Source: the human T2T-CHM13v2.0 reference genome, Homo sapiens
Assembly: GCF_009914755.1 (NCBI RefSeq)
Contig: NC_060948.1
DNA length: 64,000 nucleotides
Strand: one strand, 5' to 3'
Part shown: positions 40,734 to 57,651 of the stretch, piece by piece
Position numbering within the stretch: the stretch's first letter is position 1
Layout: the number at the start of each line of letters is the position of its first letter
The notes under the pieces: generated by a model
What the model saw: only the letters and a program-made list of their open reading frames with translations
Told to the model about the DNA's origin: nothing
The model's database searches: none
Position numbers and translations under genes: made by a program

Positions 40734-42862
40734 AGATCCATATTTTTTAAATGAAAAAAAATTTCAAAGGTACTCTGCTTGGTACAATAATCAAATGTAT
40801 AAACTGAGGAATAAAACATAACCATGAAACCTACTTATAACTGCATATGGAAAATAAAGAGGATAATTTTTTAAATAACATATTTTGAAAGCCTTAACTA
40901 GTAATTTGAAGAGTTGGCATTTGAAAGGCCAGTATGAATATACCTTCAAAGCAGCAACACAGGTTCCCCATGAGAAAAAGCAAACACAGGGAAAATAAAA
41001 ATCACAAAGGTTCAATCTCTTCTGACCTTTGAAAGACACAGCACAGACAGTGGTCCTTAGGACGAAGAGCAGGAGACCCCTAATTCCGTCACCATGGCGA
41101 TAGGGCATAAACATTGCTGGGTGAGGGCACAATCCACATTGTGAGGTCCAACTGCTGCCAGGAAGACAGGAGTGCTTTTACATAGACCGAAAGGTCATTG
41201 AAGGCTCAGAGTTTTGTTTCAAGAACTGAATCCCAAGCCCACACGTTATTAGGCTGCGCTTCTTAAAACAAGTTATGAGATGGGAAAAAGGGCACCCACA
41301 AACATACGTATACATTATGTATATAATAATATACAGTATCATATATATAATATATATAACCTATGTATAATATTGTTTTACATCCTGCATCTTATGTTAT
41401 ATATATTGTATAAAATATAATAATTGATAATATATAAGTTTTATAATTATGCAATATGACATATAGTATATATTATAATTTATGACATACATAATATATG
41501 TTATATGTCATATATAGAATATATTATACGGTTAATATACGTATTAAATATAAATTATACATTATAGATATTATATATAATATATCTGTTATATATAATA
41601 CCCATTATGCATAATATATATATTATGTCTATGTTATATATAGTATAAAACAACATATAATAATATATAATTGTGTATATAAAATGCGACATATAATATA
41701 TATTATATTTTATAACATATGAAATATATATTATATATTATATATAATACGTTGTATGTATAATACCTATATTAAATATATATTATATGACTATGTTATT
41801 AATTACATGTCACATGTGTTATATATTATATATTTTACATAGAATATACCGGTTACATACAATATATACTATGTTACCTATAATGTATAATTTATTACAT
41901 GTAAAATAAAGAATGCAATATATTATGTATAATTTATAATATACAATATGAGGAATGTGATATATATAACATATAATATATGATATATGATATACAGTAT
42001 ATGATATATAACATACAATATATGATACCTAGTATATATGGTATACAATATATATTTTATGATATGTATTCTATATGTTTTATATTCTGTTATATATAAC
42101 TATTTGAAATTATATATAACTGTATAATATTTTATGTAAATATGTAATATAATATATATAACTATATAATATATTATATATAACTATATATTATGTTATA
42201 TATACTTTTATAACATAATTTACATAAAATATCATAATATAATATATATTATATTATTTCATATTACATAATATATATTACGTATCACCCAATATAACTA
42301 ACATACATAATATTATAATATAGATTATATTGTGTTATATTAAATATCATATATATCATGTATCATATATTCTATAATATATATTACACATTATATAATA
42401 TGTATGTTGTCTATTATGTGATATATATAACTATATATATAATTATATTTTTATACATATAACTAGATAAACATGTAATTCTACATATTTTCATTTATAA
42501 TATGTAGAATTATATAATCATATATAATTATTTATATTCTATAAAAAATTTTATCATTCTATATATTATAATATATAAAAATTATAATATGTACTACAAA
42601 TATATCTATTATATATCATATATGATATAGTACCTTTGTTATATATCATAATACATATAAATGTGTATGATGTTATCTATAATTATATAATTTCATATAT
42701 AAGATGTATAATATGTATCATATATTATATATGTTATGTAATATATATAGTATATATAAGATGACACAGGATAAATATTATATACTATGACATATAAAAT
42801 ATATGAGGTTATATGTTACATATAAGGCATAGCACATAACATGTAATATATATCATATATAA

Positions 42863-43154
42863 TTTTTTTTTAGACAGAATCTTGTCCTGTTGCACAGGGT
42901 GGGGTACAATGGCGCCATCTTTGCTCACTGCAACTTCTGCCTCATGGGACCAAGCGATTGTCCTCCCTCAGCCTCCCAGGTAGCTGGGACTACACCACAC
43001 TGGGACTACACCAGCTGCCACCATGCCTAGCTAATTATTTGGATTTTTAGTAGTGACAGCGTTTCACTGTATTGGCCAGGATGGTCTTGATCTCTTCACC
43101 TTGTGATCCCCTTGCCTTGGCCTCCAAATTTGCTGGGATTACAGGCCTGAGCCA
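42863..43154 (-). mobile_element. Alu copy within repeat unit
   Basis: Same motifs as 1739-2030. Confidence 0.95.
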
Positions 43155-45252
43155 AGATCCATATTTTTTAAATGAAAAAAAATTTCAAAGGTACTCTGCT
43201 TGGTACAATAATCAAATGTATAAACTGAGGAATAAAACATAACCATGAAACCTACTTATAACTGCATATGGAAAATAAAGAGGATAATTTTTTAAATAAC
43301 ATATTTTGAAAGCCTTAACTAGTAATTTGAAGAGTTGGCATTTGAAAGGCCAGTATGAATATACCTTCAAAGCAGCAACACAGGTTCCCCATGAGAAAAA
43401 GCAAACACAGGGAAAATAAAAACACAAAGGTTCAATCTCTTCTGACCTTTGAAAGACACAGCACAGACAGTGGTCCTTAGGACGAAGAGCAGGAGACCCC
43501 TAATTCCGTCACCATGGCGATAGGGCATAAACATTGCTGGGTGAGGGCACAATCCACATTGTGAGGTCCAACTGCTGCCAGGAAGACAGGAGTGCTTTTA
43601 CATAGACCGAAAGGTCATTGAAGGCTCAGAGTTTTGTTTCAAGAACTGAATCCCAAGCCCACACGTTATTAGGCTGCGCTTCTTAAAACAAGTTATGAGA
43701 TGGGAAAAAGGGCACCCACAAACATACGTATACATTATGTATATAATAATATACAGTATCATATATATAATATATATAACCTATGTATAATATTGTTTTA
43801 CATCCTGCATCTTATGTTATATATATTGTATAAAATATAATAATTGATAATATATAAGTTTTATAATTATACAATATGACATATAGTATATATTATAATT
43901 TATGACATACATAATATATGTTATAAGTCATATATAGAATATATTATACGGTTAATATACGTATTAAATATAAATTATACATTATAGATATTATATATAA
44001 TATATCTGTTATATATAATACCCATTATGCATAATATATATATTATGTCTATGTTATATATAGTATAAAACAACATATAATAATATATAATTGTATATAT
44101 AAAATGCGACATATAATATATATTATATTTTATAACATATGTAATATATATTATATATAATACGTTGTATGTATAATACCTATATTAAATATATATTATA
44201 TGACTATGTTATTAATTACATGTCACATGTGTTATATATTATATATTTTACATAGAATATACCGGTTACATACAATATATACTATGTTACCTATAATGTA
44301 TAATTTATTACATGTAAAATAAAGAATGCAATATATTATGTATAATTTATAATATACAATATGTGGAATGTGATATATATAACATATAATATATGATATA
44401 TGATATACAGTATATGATATATAACATACAATATATGATTCCTAATATATATGATATACAATATATATTTTATGATATGTATTCTATATGTTTTATATTC
44501 TGTTATATATAACTATTTGAAATTATATATAACTGTATAATATTTTATGTAAATATGTAATATAATATATATAACTATATAATATATTATATATAACTAT
44601 ATATTATGTTATATATACTTTTATAACATAATTTACATAAAATATCATAATATAATATATATTATATTATTTCATATTACATAATATATATTACATATCA
44701 CCCAATATAACTAACATACATAATATTATAATATAGATTATATTATGTTATATTAAATATCATATATATCATGTATCATATGTTCTATAATATATATTAC
44801 ACATTATATAATATGTATGTTGTCTATTATGTGATATATATAACTATATATATAATTATATTTTTATACATATAACTAGATAAACATGTAATTCTACATA
44901 TTTTCATTTATAATATGTAGAATTATATAATCATATATAATTATTTATATTCTATAAAAAATTTTATCATTGTATAAATTATAATATATAAAAATTATAA
45001 TATGTACTACAAATATATATATTATATATCATATATGGTATAGTACCTTTGTTATATATCATAATACATATAAATGTGTATGATGTTATCTATAATTATA
45101 TAATTTCATATATAAGATGTATAATATGTATCATATATTATATATGTTATGTAATATATATAGTATATATAAGATGACACAGGATAAATATTATATACTA
45201 TGACATATAAAATATATGAGGTTATATGTTACATATAAGGCATAGCACATAA

Positions 45253-45567
<315 letters not shown>

Positions 45568-47665
45568 AGATCCATATTTTTTAAATGAAAAAAAATTTCA
45601 AAGGTACTCTACTTGGTACAATAATCAAATGTATAAACTGAGGAATAAAACATAACCATGAAACCTACTTATAACTGCATATGGAAAATACAGAGGATAA
45701 TTTTTTAAATAACATATTTTGAAAGCCTTAACTAGTAATTTGAAGAGTTGGCATTTGAAAGGCCAGTATGAATATACCTTCAAAGCAGCAACACAGGTTC
45801 CCCATGAGAAACAGCAAACTCAGGGAAAATAAAACCACAAAGGTTCAAGCTCTTCTGACCTTTGAAAGACACAGCACAGACAGTGGTCCTTAGGACGAAG
45901 AGCAGGAGACCCCTAATTCCGTCACCATGGCGATAGGGCATAAACATTGCTGGGTGAGGGCACAATCCACATTGTGAGGTCCAACTGCTGCCAGGAAGAC
46001 AGGAGTGCTTTTACATAGACCGAAATGTCATTGAAGGCTCAGAGTTTTGTTTCAAGAACTGAATCCCAAGCCCACACGTTATTATGCTGCGCTTCTTAAA
46101 ACAAGTTATGAGATGGGAAAAAGGGCACCCACAAACATACGTATACATTATGTATATAATAATATACAGTGTCATATATATAATATATATAACCTATGTA
46201 TAATATTGTTTTACATCCTGCATCTTATGTTATATATATTGTATAAAATATAATAATTGATAATATATAAGTTTTATAATTATACAATATGACATATAGT
46301 GTATATTATAATTTATGACATATATAATATATGTTTTATGTCATATATAGAATATATTATACGGTTAATATACGTATTAAATATAAATTATACATTATAT
46401 ATATTATATATAATATATCTATTATATATAATACACATTATGCATAATATATATATTATGTCTATGTTATATATAGTATAAAACAACATATAATAATATA
46501 TAATTGTATATATAAAATGCGACATATAATATATATTATATTTTATAACATATGTAATATATATTATATATAATACGTTGTATGTATAATACCTATATTA
46601 AATATATATTATATGACTATGTTATTAATTACATGTCACATGTGTTATATATTATATATTTTACATAGAATATACCGGTTACATACAATATATACTATGT
46701 TACCTATAATGTATAATTTATTACATGTAAAATAAAGAATGCAATATATTATGTATAATTTATAATATACAATATGTGGAATGTGATATATATAACATAT
46801 AATATATGATATATGATATACAGTATATGATATATAACATACAATATATGATTCCTAATATATATGATATACAATATATATTTTATGATATGTATTCTAT
46901 ATGTTTTATATTCTGTTATATATAACTATTTGAAATTATATATAACTGTATAATATTTTATGTAAATATGTAATATAATATATATAACTATATAATATAT
47001 TATATATAACTATATATTATGTTATATATACTTTTATAACATAATTTACATAAAATATCATAATATAATATATATTATATTATTTCATATTACATAATAT
47101 ATATTACATATCACCCAATATAACTAACATACATAATATTATAATATAGATTATATTATGTTATATTAAATATCATATATATCATGTATCATATGTTCTA
47201 TAATATATATTACACATTATATAATATGTATGTTGTCTATTATGTGATATATATAACTATATATATAATTATATTTTTATACATATAACTAGATAAACAT
47301 GTAATTCTACATATTTTCATTTATAATATGTAGAATTATATAATCATATATAATTATTTATATTCTATAAAAAATTTTATCATTGTATAAATTATAATAT
47401 ATAAAAATTATAATATGTACTACAAATATATATATTATATATCATATATGGTATAGTACCTTTGTTTTATATCATAATACATATAAATGTGTATGATGTT
47501 ATCTATAATTATATAATTTCATATATAAGATGTATAATATGTATCATATATTATATATGTTATGTAATATATATAGTATATATAAGATGACACAGGATAA
47601 ATATTATATACTATGACATATAAAATATATGAGGTTATATGTTACATATAAGGCATAGCACATAA

Positions 47666-47980
<315 letters not shown>

Positions 47981-50107
47981 AGATCCATATTTTTTAAATG
48001 AAAAAAAATTTCAAAGGTACTCTACTTGGTACAATAATCAAATGTATAAACTGAGGAATAAAACATAACCATGAAACCTACTTATAACTGCATATGGAAA
48101 ATACAGAGGATAATTTTTTAAATAACATATTTTGAAAGCCTTAACTAGTAATTTGAAGAGTTGGCATTTGAAAGGCCAGTATGAATATACCTTCAAAGCA
48201 GCAACACAGGTTCCCCATGAGAAAGAGCAAACTCAGGGAAAATAAAACCACAAAGGTTCAAGCTCTTCTGACCTTTGAAAGACACAGCACAGACAGTGGT
48301 CCTTAGGACGAAGAGCAGGAGACCCCTAATTCCGTCACCATGGCGATAGGGCATAAACATTGCTGGGTGAGGGCACAATCCACATTGTGAGGTCCAACTG
48401 CTGCCAGGAAGACAGGAGTGCTTTTACATAGACCGAAATGTCATTGAAGGCTCAGAGTTTTGTTTCAAGAACTGAATCCCAAGCCCACACGTTATTAGGC
48501 TGCGCTTCTTAAAACAAGTTATGAGATGGGAAAAAGGGCACCCACAAACATACGTATACATTATGTATATAATAATATACAGTGTCATATATATAATATA
48601 TATAACCTATGTATAATATTGTTTTACATCCTGCATCTTATGTTATATATATTGTATAAAATATAATAATTGATAATATATAAGTTTTATAATTATACAA
48701 TATGACATATAGTATATATTATAATTTATGACATATATAATATATGTTTTATGTCATATATAGAATATATTATACGGTTAATATACGTATTAAATATAAA
48801 TTATACATTATATATATTATATATAATATATCTGTTATATATAATACCCATTATGCATAATATGTATATTATGTCTATGTTATATATAGTATAAAACAAC
48901 ATATAATAATATATAATTGTATATATAAAATGCGACATATAATATATATTATATTTTATGACATATGTAATATATATTATATATTATATATAATACGTTG
49001 TATGTATAATACCTATATTAAATATATATTATATGACTATGTTATTAATTACATGTCACATGTGTTATATATTATATATTTTACATAGAATATACCGGTT
49101 ACGTACAATATATACTATGTTACCTATAATGTATAATTGATTACATGTAAAATAAAGAATGCAATATATTATGTATAATTTATAATATACAATATGTGGA
49201 ATGTGATATATATAACATATAATATATGATATATGATATACAGTATATGATATATATCTTACAATATATGATACCTAGGATATATGGTATACAACATATA
49301 TTTTATGATATGTATTCTATATGTTTTATATTCTGTTATATATAACTATTTGAAATTATATATAACTGTATAATATTTTATGTAAATATGTAATATAATA
49401 TATATAACTATATAATATGTTATATATAACTATATATTATGTAATATATACTTTTATATCATAATTTACATAAAATGACATAAAATAATATATATTATAT
49501 TATTTCATATTACATAATATATATTACATATCACCCAATATAAGTAACATACATAATATTATAATATAGATTATATTATGTTATGTTAAATATCATATAT
49601 ATCATGTATCATATATTCTATAATATATATTATACATTATATAATATGTATGTTGTCTATTATGTGATATATATAACTATATATTATTATATTATTATAC
49701 ATATAACTAGATAAACATGTAATTCTACATATTTTCATTTATAATATATAGAATTCTATAATCATATATAATTATTCATATTCTATAAAAAATTATATCA
49801 TTATATAAATTATAATATAAAAAAATTATAATATGTACTACAAATATATATATTATATATCATATATGATATAGTACCTTTGTTATATATCACAATACAT
49901 ATAAATGTGTATTATGTTATCTATAATTATATAATTTCATATATAAGATGTATAATATGTATTATATATTGTATATGTTATGTAATATATATAGTATATA
50001 TAAGCTGACACAGGATAAATATTATATACTATGACATATAAAATATATGAGGTTATATGTTACATATAAGGCATAGCACATAACATGTAATATATATCAT
50101 ATATATA

Positions 50108-50397
50108 TTTTTTTAGACAGAGTCTTGTCGTGTTGCACAGGGTGGAGTACAATGGCGCCACCTTTGCTCACTGCAACATCTGCCTCACGGGTCCAAGCGA
50201 TTGTCCTCCCTCAGCCTCCCAGGTAGCTGGGACTACACCACACTGGGAGTACACCAGCTGCCACCATGCCTAGCTAATTTTTTGGATTTTTAGTAGTGAC
50301 AGCGTTTCACTGTATTGGCCAGGATGGTCTTGATCTCTTCACCTTGTGATCCCCTTGCCTTGGCCTCCAAATTTGCTGGGATTACAGGCCTGAGCCA
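50108..50397 (-). mobile_element. Alu copy, divergent subtype
   Basis: Same motifs; T7 tail and ACAGAGTC, GGTGGAGTAC, CAACATCTG variants. Confidence 0.95.
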
Positions 50398-52523
50398 AGA
50401 TCCATATTTTTTAAATGAAAAAAAATTTCAAAGGTACTCTGCTTGGTACAATAATCAAATGTATAAACTGAGGAATAAAACATAACCATGAAACCTACTT
50501 ATAACTGCATATGGAAAATACAGAGGATAATTTTTTAAATAACATATTTTGAAAGCCTTAACTAGTAATTTGAAGAGTTGGCATTTGAAAGGCCAGTATG
50601 AATATACCTTCAAAGCAGCAACACAGGTTCCCCATGAGAAAGAGCAAACTCAGGGAAAATAAAAACACAAAGGTTCAATCTCTTCTGACCTTTGAAAGAC
50701 ACAGCACAGACAGTGGTCCTTAGGACGAAGAGCAGGAGACCCCTAATTCCGTCACCATGGCGATAGGGCATAAACATTGCTGGGTGAGGGCACAATCCAC
50801 ATTGTGAGGTCCAACTGCTGCCAGGAAGACAGGAGTGCTTTTACATAGACCGAAATGTCATTGAAGGCTCAGAGTTTTGTTTCAAGAACTGAATCCCAAG
50901 CCCACACGTTATTAGGCTGCGCTTCTTAAAACAAGTTATGAGATGGGAAAAAGGGCACCCACAAACATACGTATACATTATGTATATAATAATATACAGT
51001 ATCATATATATAATATATATAACCTATGTATAATATTGTTTTACATCCTGCATCTTATATTATATATATTGTCTAAAATATAATAATTGATAATATATAA
51101 GTTTTATATTTATACAATATGACACATAGTATATATTATAATTTATGACATATATAATATATGTTATATATCATATATAGAATATATTATACGGTTAATA
51201 TACGTATTAAATATAAATTATACATTATATATATTATATATAATATATCTGTTATATATAATACCCATTATGCATAATATGTATATTATGTCTATGTTAT
51301 ATATAGTATAAAACAACATATAATAATATATAATTGTATATATAAAATGCGACATATAATATATATTATATTTTATGACATATGTAATATATATTATATA
51401 TTATATATAATACGTTGTATGTATAATACCTATATTAAATATATATTATATGACTATGTTATTAATTACATGTCACATGTGTTATATATCATATATTTTA
51501 TATAGAATATACCGGTTACATACAATATATACTATGTTACCTATAATGTATAATTGATTACATGTAAAATAAAGAATGCAATATATTATGTATAATTTAT
51601 AATATACAATATGTGGAATGTGATATATATAACATATAATATATGATATATGATATACAGTATATGATATATAACATACAATATATGATACCTAGTATAT
51701 ATGGTATACAATATATATTTTATGATATGTATTCTATATGTTTTATATTCTGTTATATATAACTATTTGAAATTATATATAACTGTATAATATTTTATGT
51801 AAATATGTAATATAATATATATAACTATATAATATATTATATATAACTATATATTATGTTATATATACTTTTATATCATAATTTACATAAAATGTCATAA
51901 TAAAATATATATTATATTATTTCATATTACATAATATATATTACATATCACCCAATATAAGTAACATACATAATATTATAATATAGATTATATTATGTTA
52001 TGTTAAATATCATATATATCATGTATCATATATTCTATAATATATATTATACATTATATAATATGTATGTTGTCTATTATGTGATATATATAACTATATA
52101 TTATTATATTATTATACATATAACTAGATAAACATGTAATTCTACATATTTTCATTTATAATATATAGAATTATATAATCATATATAATTATTTATATTC
52201 TATAAAAAATTATATCATTATATAAATTATAATATAAAAAAATTATAATATGTACTACAAATATATATATTATATATCATATATGATATAGTACCTTTGT
52301 TATATATCATAATACATATAAATGTGTATTATGTTATCTATAATTATATAATTTCATATATAAGATGTATAATATGTATTATATATTGTATATGTTATGT
52401 AATATATATAGTATGTATAAGCTGACACAGGATAAATATTATATACTATGACATATAAAATATATGAGGTTATATGTTACATATAAGGCATAGCACATAA
52501 CATGTAATATATATCATATATAA

Positions 52524-52815
52524 TTTTTTTTTAGACAGAGTCTTGTCGTGTTGCACAGGGTGAAGTACAATGGCGCCATCTTTGCTCACTGCAACATCTG
52601 CCTCACGGGTCCAAGCGATTGTCCTCACTCAACCTCTCAGGTAGCTGGGAGTACACCACACTGGGACTACACCAGCTGCCACCATGCCTAGCTAATTTTT
52701 TGGATTTTTAGTAGTGACAGCCTTTCACTGTATTGGCCAGGATGGTCTTGATCTCTTCACCTTGTGATCCCCTTGCCTTGGCCTCCAAAATTGCTGGGAT
52801 TACAGGCCTGAGCCA
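52524..52815 (-). mobile_element. Alu copy, divergent subtype
   Basis: Same motifs; ACAGAGTC, GGTGAAGTAC, CAACCTCTCAGG variants. Confidence 0.95.
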
Positions 52816-54941
52816 AGATCCATATTTTTTAAATGAAAAAAAATTTCAAAGGTACTCTGCTTGGTACAATAATCAAATGTATAAACTGAGGAATAAAACA
52901 TAACCATGAAACCTACTTATAACTGCATATGGAAAATACAGAGGATAATTTTTTAAATAACATATTTTGAAAGCCTTAACTAGTAATTTGAAGAGTTGGC
53001 ATTTGAAAGGCCAGTATGAATATACCTTCAAAGCAGCAACACAGGTTCCCCATGAGAAACAGCAAACTCAGGGAAAATAAAACCACAAAGGTTCAAGCTC
53101 TTCTGACCTTTGAAAGACACAGCACAGACAGTGGTCCTTAGGACGAAGAGCAGGAGACCCCTAATTCCGTCACCATGGCGATAGGGCATAAACATTGCTG
53201 GGTGAGGGCACAATCCACATTGTGAGGTCCAACTGCTGCCAGGAAGACAGGAGTGCTTTTACATAGACCGAAAGGTCATTGAAGGCTCAGAGTTTTGTTT
53301 CAAGAACTGAATCCCAAGCCCACACTTTATTAGGCTGCGCTTCTTAAAACAAGTTATGAGATGGGAAAAAGGGCACCCACAAACATACGTATACATTATG
53401 TATATAATAATATACAGTATCAAATATATAATATATATAACCTATGTATAATATTGTTTTACATCCTGCATCTTATATTATATATATTGTCTAAAATATA
53501 ATAATTGATAATATATAAGTTTTATATTTATACAATATGACATATAGTATATATTTTAATTTATGACATATATAATATATGTTATATATCATATATAGAA
53601 TATATTATACGGTTAATATACGTATTAAATATAAATTATACATTATATATATGATATATAATATATCTGTTATATATAATACCCATTATGCATAATATGT
53701 ATATTATGTCTATGTTATATATAGTATAAAACAACATATAATAATATATAATTGTATATATAAAATGCGACATATAATATATATTATATTTTATGACATA
53801 TGTAATATATATTATATATTATATATAATACGTTGTATGTATAATACCTATATTAAATATATATTATATGACTATGTTATTAATTACATGTCACATGTGT
53901 TATATATCATATATTTTACATAGAATATACCGGTTACATACAATATATACTATGTTACCTATAATGTATAATTGATTACATGTAAAATAAAGAATGCAAT
54001 ATATTATGTATAATTTATAATATACAATATGTGGAATGTGATATATATAACATATAATATATGATATATGATATACAGTATATGATATATAACATACAAT
54101 ATATGATACCTAGTATATATGGTATACAATATATATTTTATGATATGTATTCTATATGTTTTATATTCTGTTATATATAACTATTTGAAATTATATATAA
54201 CTGTATAATATTTTATGTAAATATGTAATATAATATATATAACTATATAATATATTATATATAACTATATATTATGTTATATATACTTTTATATCATAAT
54301 TTACATAAAATGTCATAATATAATATATATTATATTATTTCATATTACATAATATATATTACATATCACCCAATATAAGTAACATACATAATATTATAAT
54401 ATAGATTATATTATGTTATGTTAGATATCATATATATCATGTATCATATATTCTATAATATATATTATACATTATATAATATGTATGTTGTCTATTATGT
54501 GATATATATAACTATATATTATTATATTATTATACATATAACTAGATAAACATGTAATTCTACATATTTTCATTTATAATATATAGAATTATATAATCAT
54601 ATATAATTATTTATATTCTATAAAAAATTATATCATTATATAAATTATAATATAAAAAAATTATAATATGTACTACAAATATATATATTATATATCATAT
54701 ATGATATAGTACCTTTGTTATATATCATAATACATATAAATGTGTATTATGCTATCTATAATTATATAATTTCATATATAAGATGTATAATATGTATTAT
54801 ATATTGTATATGTTATGTAATATATATAGTATATATAAGCTGACACAGGATAAATATTATATACTATGACATATAAAATATATGAGGTTATATGTTACAT
54901 ATAAGGCATAGCACATAACATGTAATATATATCATATATAA

Positions 54942-55233
54942 TTTTTTTTTAGACAGAATCTTGTCGTGTTGCACAGGGTGAAGTACAATGGCGCCATCTT
55001 TGCTCACTGCAACATCTGCCTCACGGGTCCAAGCGATTGTCCTCCCTCAACCTCTCAGGTAGCTGGGAGTACACCATACTGGGACTACACCAGCTGCCAC
55101 CATGCCTAGCTAATTTTTTGGATTTTTCGTAGTGACAGCGTTTCACTGTATTGGCCAGGATGGTCTTGATCTCTTCACCTTGTGATCCCCTTGCCTTGGC
55201 CTCCAAATTTGCTGGGATTACAGGCCTGAGCCA
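54942..55233 (-). mobile_element. Alu copy, divergent subtype
   Basis: Same motifs; GTCGTG and GGTGAAGTAC variants. Confidence 0.95.
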
Positions 55234-57359
55234 AGATCCATATTTTTTAAATGAAAAAAAATTTCAAAGGTACTCTGCTTGGTACAATAATCAAAAGTAT
55301 AAACTGAGGAATAAAACATAACCATGAAACCTACTTATAACTGCATATGGAAAATACAGAGGATAATTTTTTAAATAACATATTTTGAAAGCCTTAACTA
55401 GTAATTTGAAGAGTTGGCATTTGAAAGGCCAGTATGAATATACCTTCAAAGCAGCAACACAGGTTCCCCATGAGAAACAGCAAACTCAGGGAAAATAAAA
55501 CCACAAAGGTTCAAGCTCTTCTGACCTTTGAAAGACACAGCACAGACAGTGGTCCTTAGGACGAAGAGCAGGAGACCCCTAATTCCGTCACCATGGCGAT
55601 AGGGCATAAACATTGCTGGGTGAGGGCACAATCCACATTGTGAGGTCCAACTGCTGCCAGGAAGACAGGAGTGCTTTTACATAGACCGAAAGGTCATTGA
55701 AGGCTCAGAGTTTTGTTTCAAGAACTGAATCCCAAGCCCACACGTTATTAGGCTGCGCTTCTTAAAACAAGTTATGAGATGGGAAAAAGGGCACCCACAA
55801 ACATACGTATACATTATGTATATAATAATATACAGTATCATATATATAATATATATAACCTATGTATAATATTGTTTTACATCCTGCATCTTATATTATA
55901 TATATTGTCTAAAATATAATAATTGATAATATATAAGTTTTATATTTATACAATATGACATATAGTATATATTATAATTTATGACATATATAATATATGT
56001 TATATATCATATATAGAATATATTATACGGTTAATATACGTATTAAATATAAATTATACATTATATATATGATATATAATATATCTGTTATATATAATAC
56101 CCATTATGCATAATATGTATATTATGTCTATGTTATATATAGTATAAAACAACATATAATAATATATAATTGTATATATAAAATGCGACATATAATATAT
56201 ATTATATTTTATGACATATGTAATATATATTATATATTATATATAATGCGTTGTATGTATAATACTTATATTAAATATATATTATATGACTATGTTATTA
56301 ATTACATGTCACATGTGTTATATATTATATATTTTACATAGAATATACCGGTTACATACAATATATACTATGTTACCTATAATGTATAATTGATTACATG
56401 TAAAATAAAGAATGCAATATATTATGTATAATTTATAATATACAATATGTGGAATGTGATATATATAACATATAATATATGATATATGATATACAGTATA
56501 TGATATATAACATACAATATATGATACCTAGTATAGATGGTATACAATATATATTTTATGATATGTATTCTATATGTTTTATATTCTGTTATATATAACT
56601 ATTTGAAATTATATATAACTGTATAATATTTCATGTAAATATGTAATATAATATATATAACTATATAATATATTATATATAACTATATATTATGTTATAT
56701 ATACTTTTATATCATAATTTACATAAAATGTCATAATAAAATATATATTATATTATTTCATATTACATAATATATATTACATATCACCCAATATAAGTAA
56801 CATACATAATATTATAATATAGATTATATTATGTTATGTTAAATATCATATATATGATGTATCATATATTCTATAATATATATTATACATTATATAATAT
56901 GTATGTTGTCTATTATGTGATATATATAACTATATATTATTATATTATTATACATATAACTAGATAAACACGTAATTCTACATATTTTCATTTATAATAT
57001 ATAGAATTATATAATCATGTATAATTATTTATATTCTATAAAAAATTATATCATTATATAAATTATAATATAAAAAAATTATAATATGTACTACAAATAT
57101 ATATATTATATATCATATATGATATAGTACCTTTGTTATATATCATAATACATATAAATGTGTATTATGCTATCTATAATTATATAATTTCATATATAAG
57201 ATGTATAATATGTATTATATATTGTATATGTTATGTAATATATATAGTATATATAAGCTGACACAGGATAAATATTATATACTATGACATATAAAATATA
57301 TGAGGTTATATGTTACATATAAGGCATAGCACATAACATGTAATATATATCATATATAA

Positions 57360-57651
57360 TTTTTTTTTAGACAGAGTCTTGTCGTGTTGCACAGGGTGAA
57401 GTACAATGGCGCCATCTTTGCTCACTGCAACATCTGCCTCACGGGTCCAAGCGATTGTCCTCCCTCAACCTCTCAGGTAGCTGGGAGTACACCACACTGG
57501 GACTACACCAGCTGCCACCATGCCTAGCTAATTTTTTGGATTTTTAGTAGTGACAGCGTTTCACTGTATTGGCCAGGATGGTCTTGATCTCTTCACCTTG
57601 TGATCCCCTTGCCTTGGCCTCCAAATTTGCTGGGATTACAGGCCTGAGCCA
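57360..57651 (-). mobile_element. Alu copy, divergent subtype
   Basis: Same motifs; ACAGAGTC and GGTGAAGTAC variants. Confidence 0.95.

Noticed and set aside
40791-41132. 113-aa ORF fusing the two short ORFs
   Set aside because: It arises from a private 1-bp insertion at ~41002 in one unit, a chance frameshift or sequencing error.
55021-55206. 61-aa ORF MEAKARG...
   Set aside because: It lies wholly within an Alu and is opened by a point change of a stop codon.
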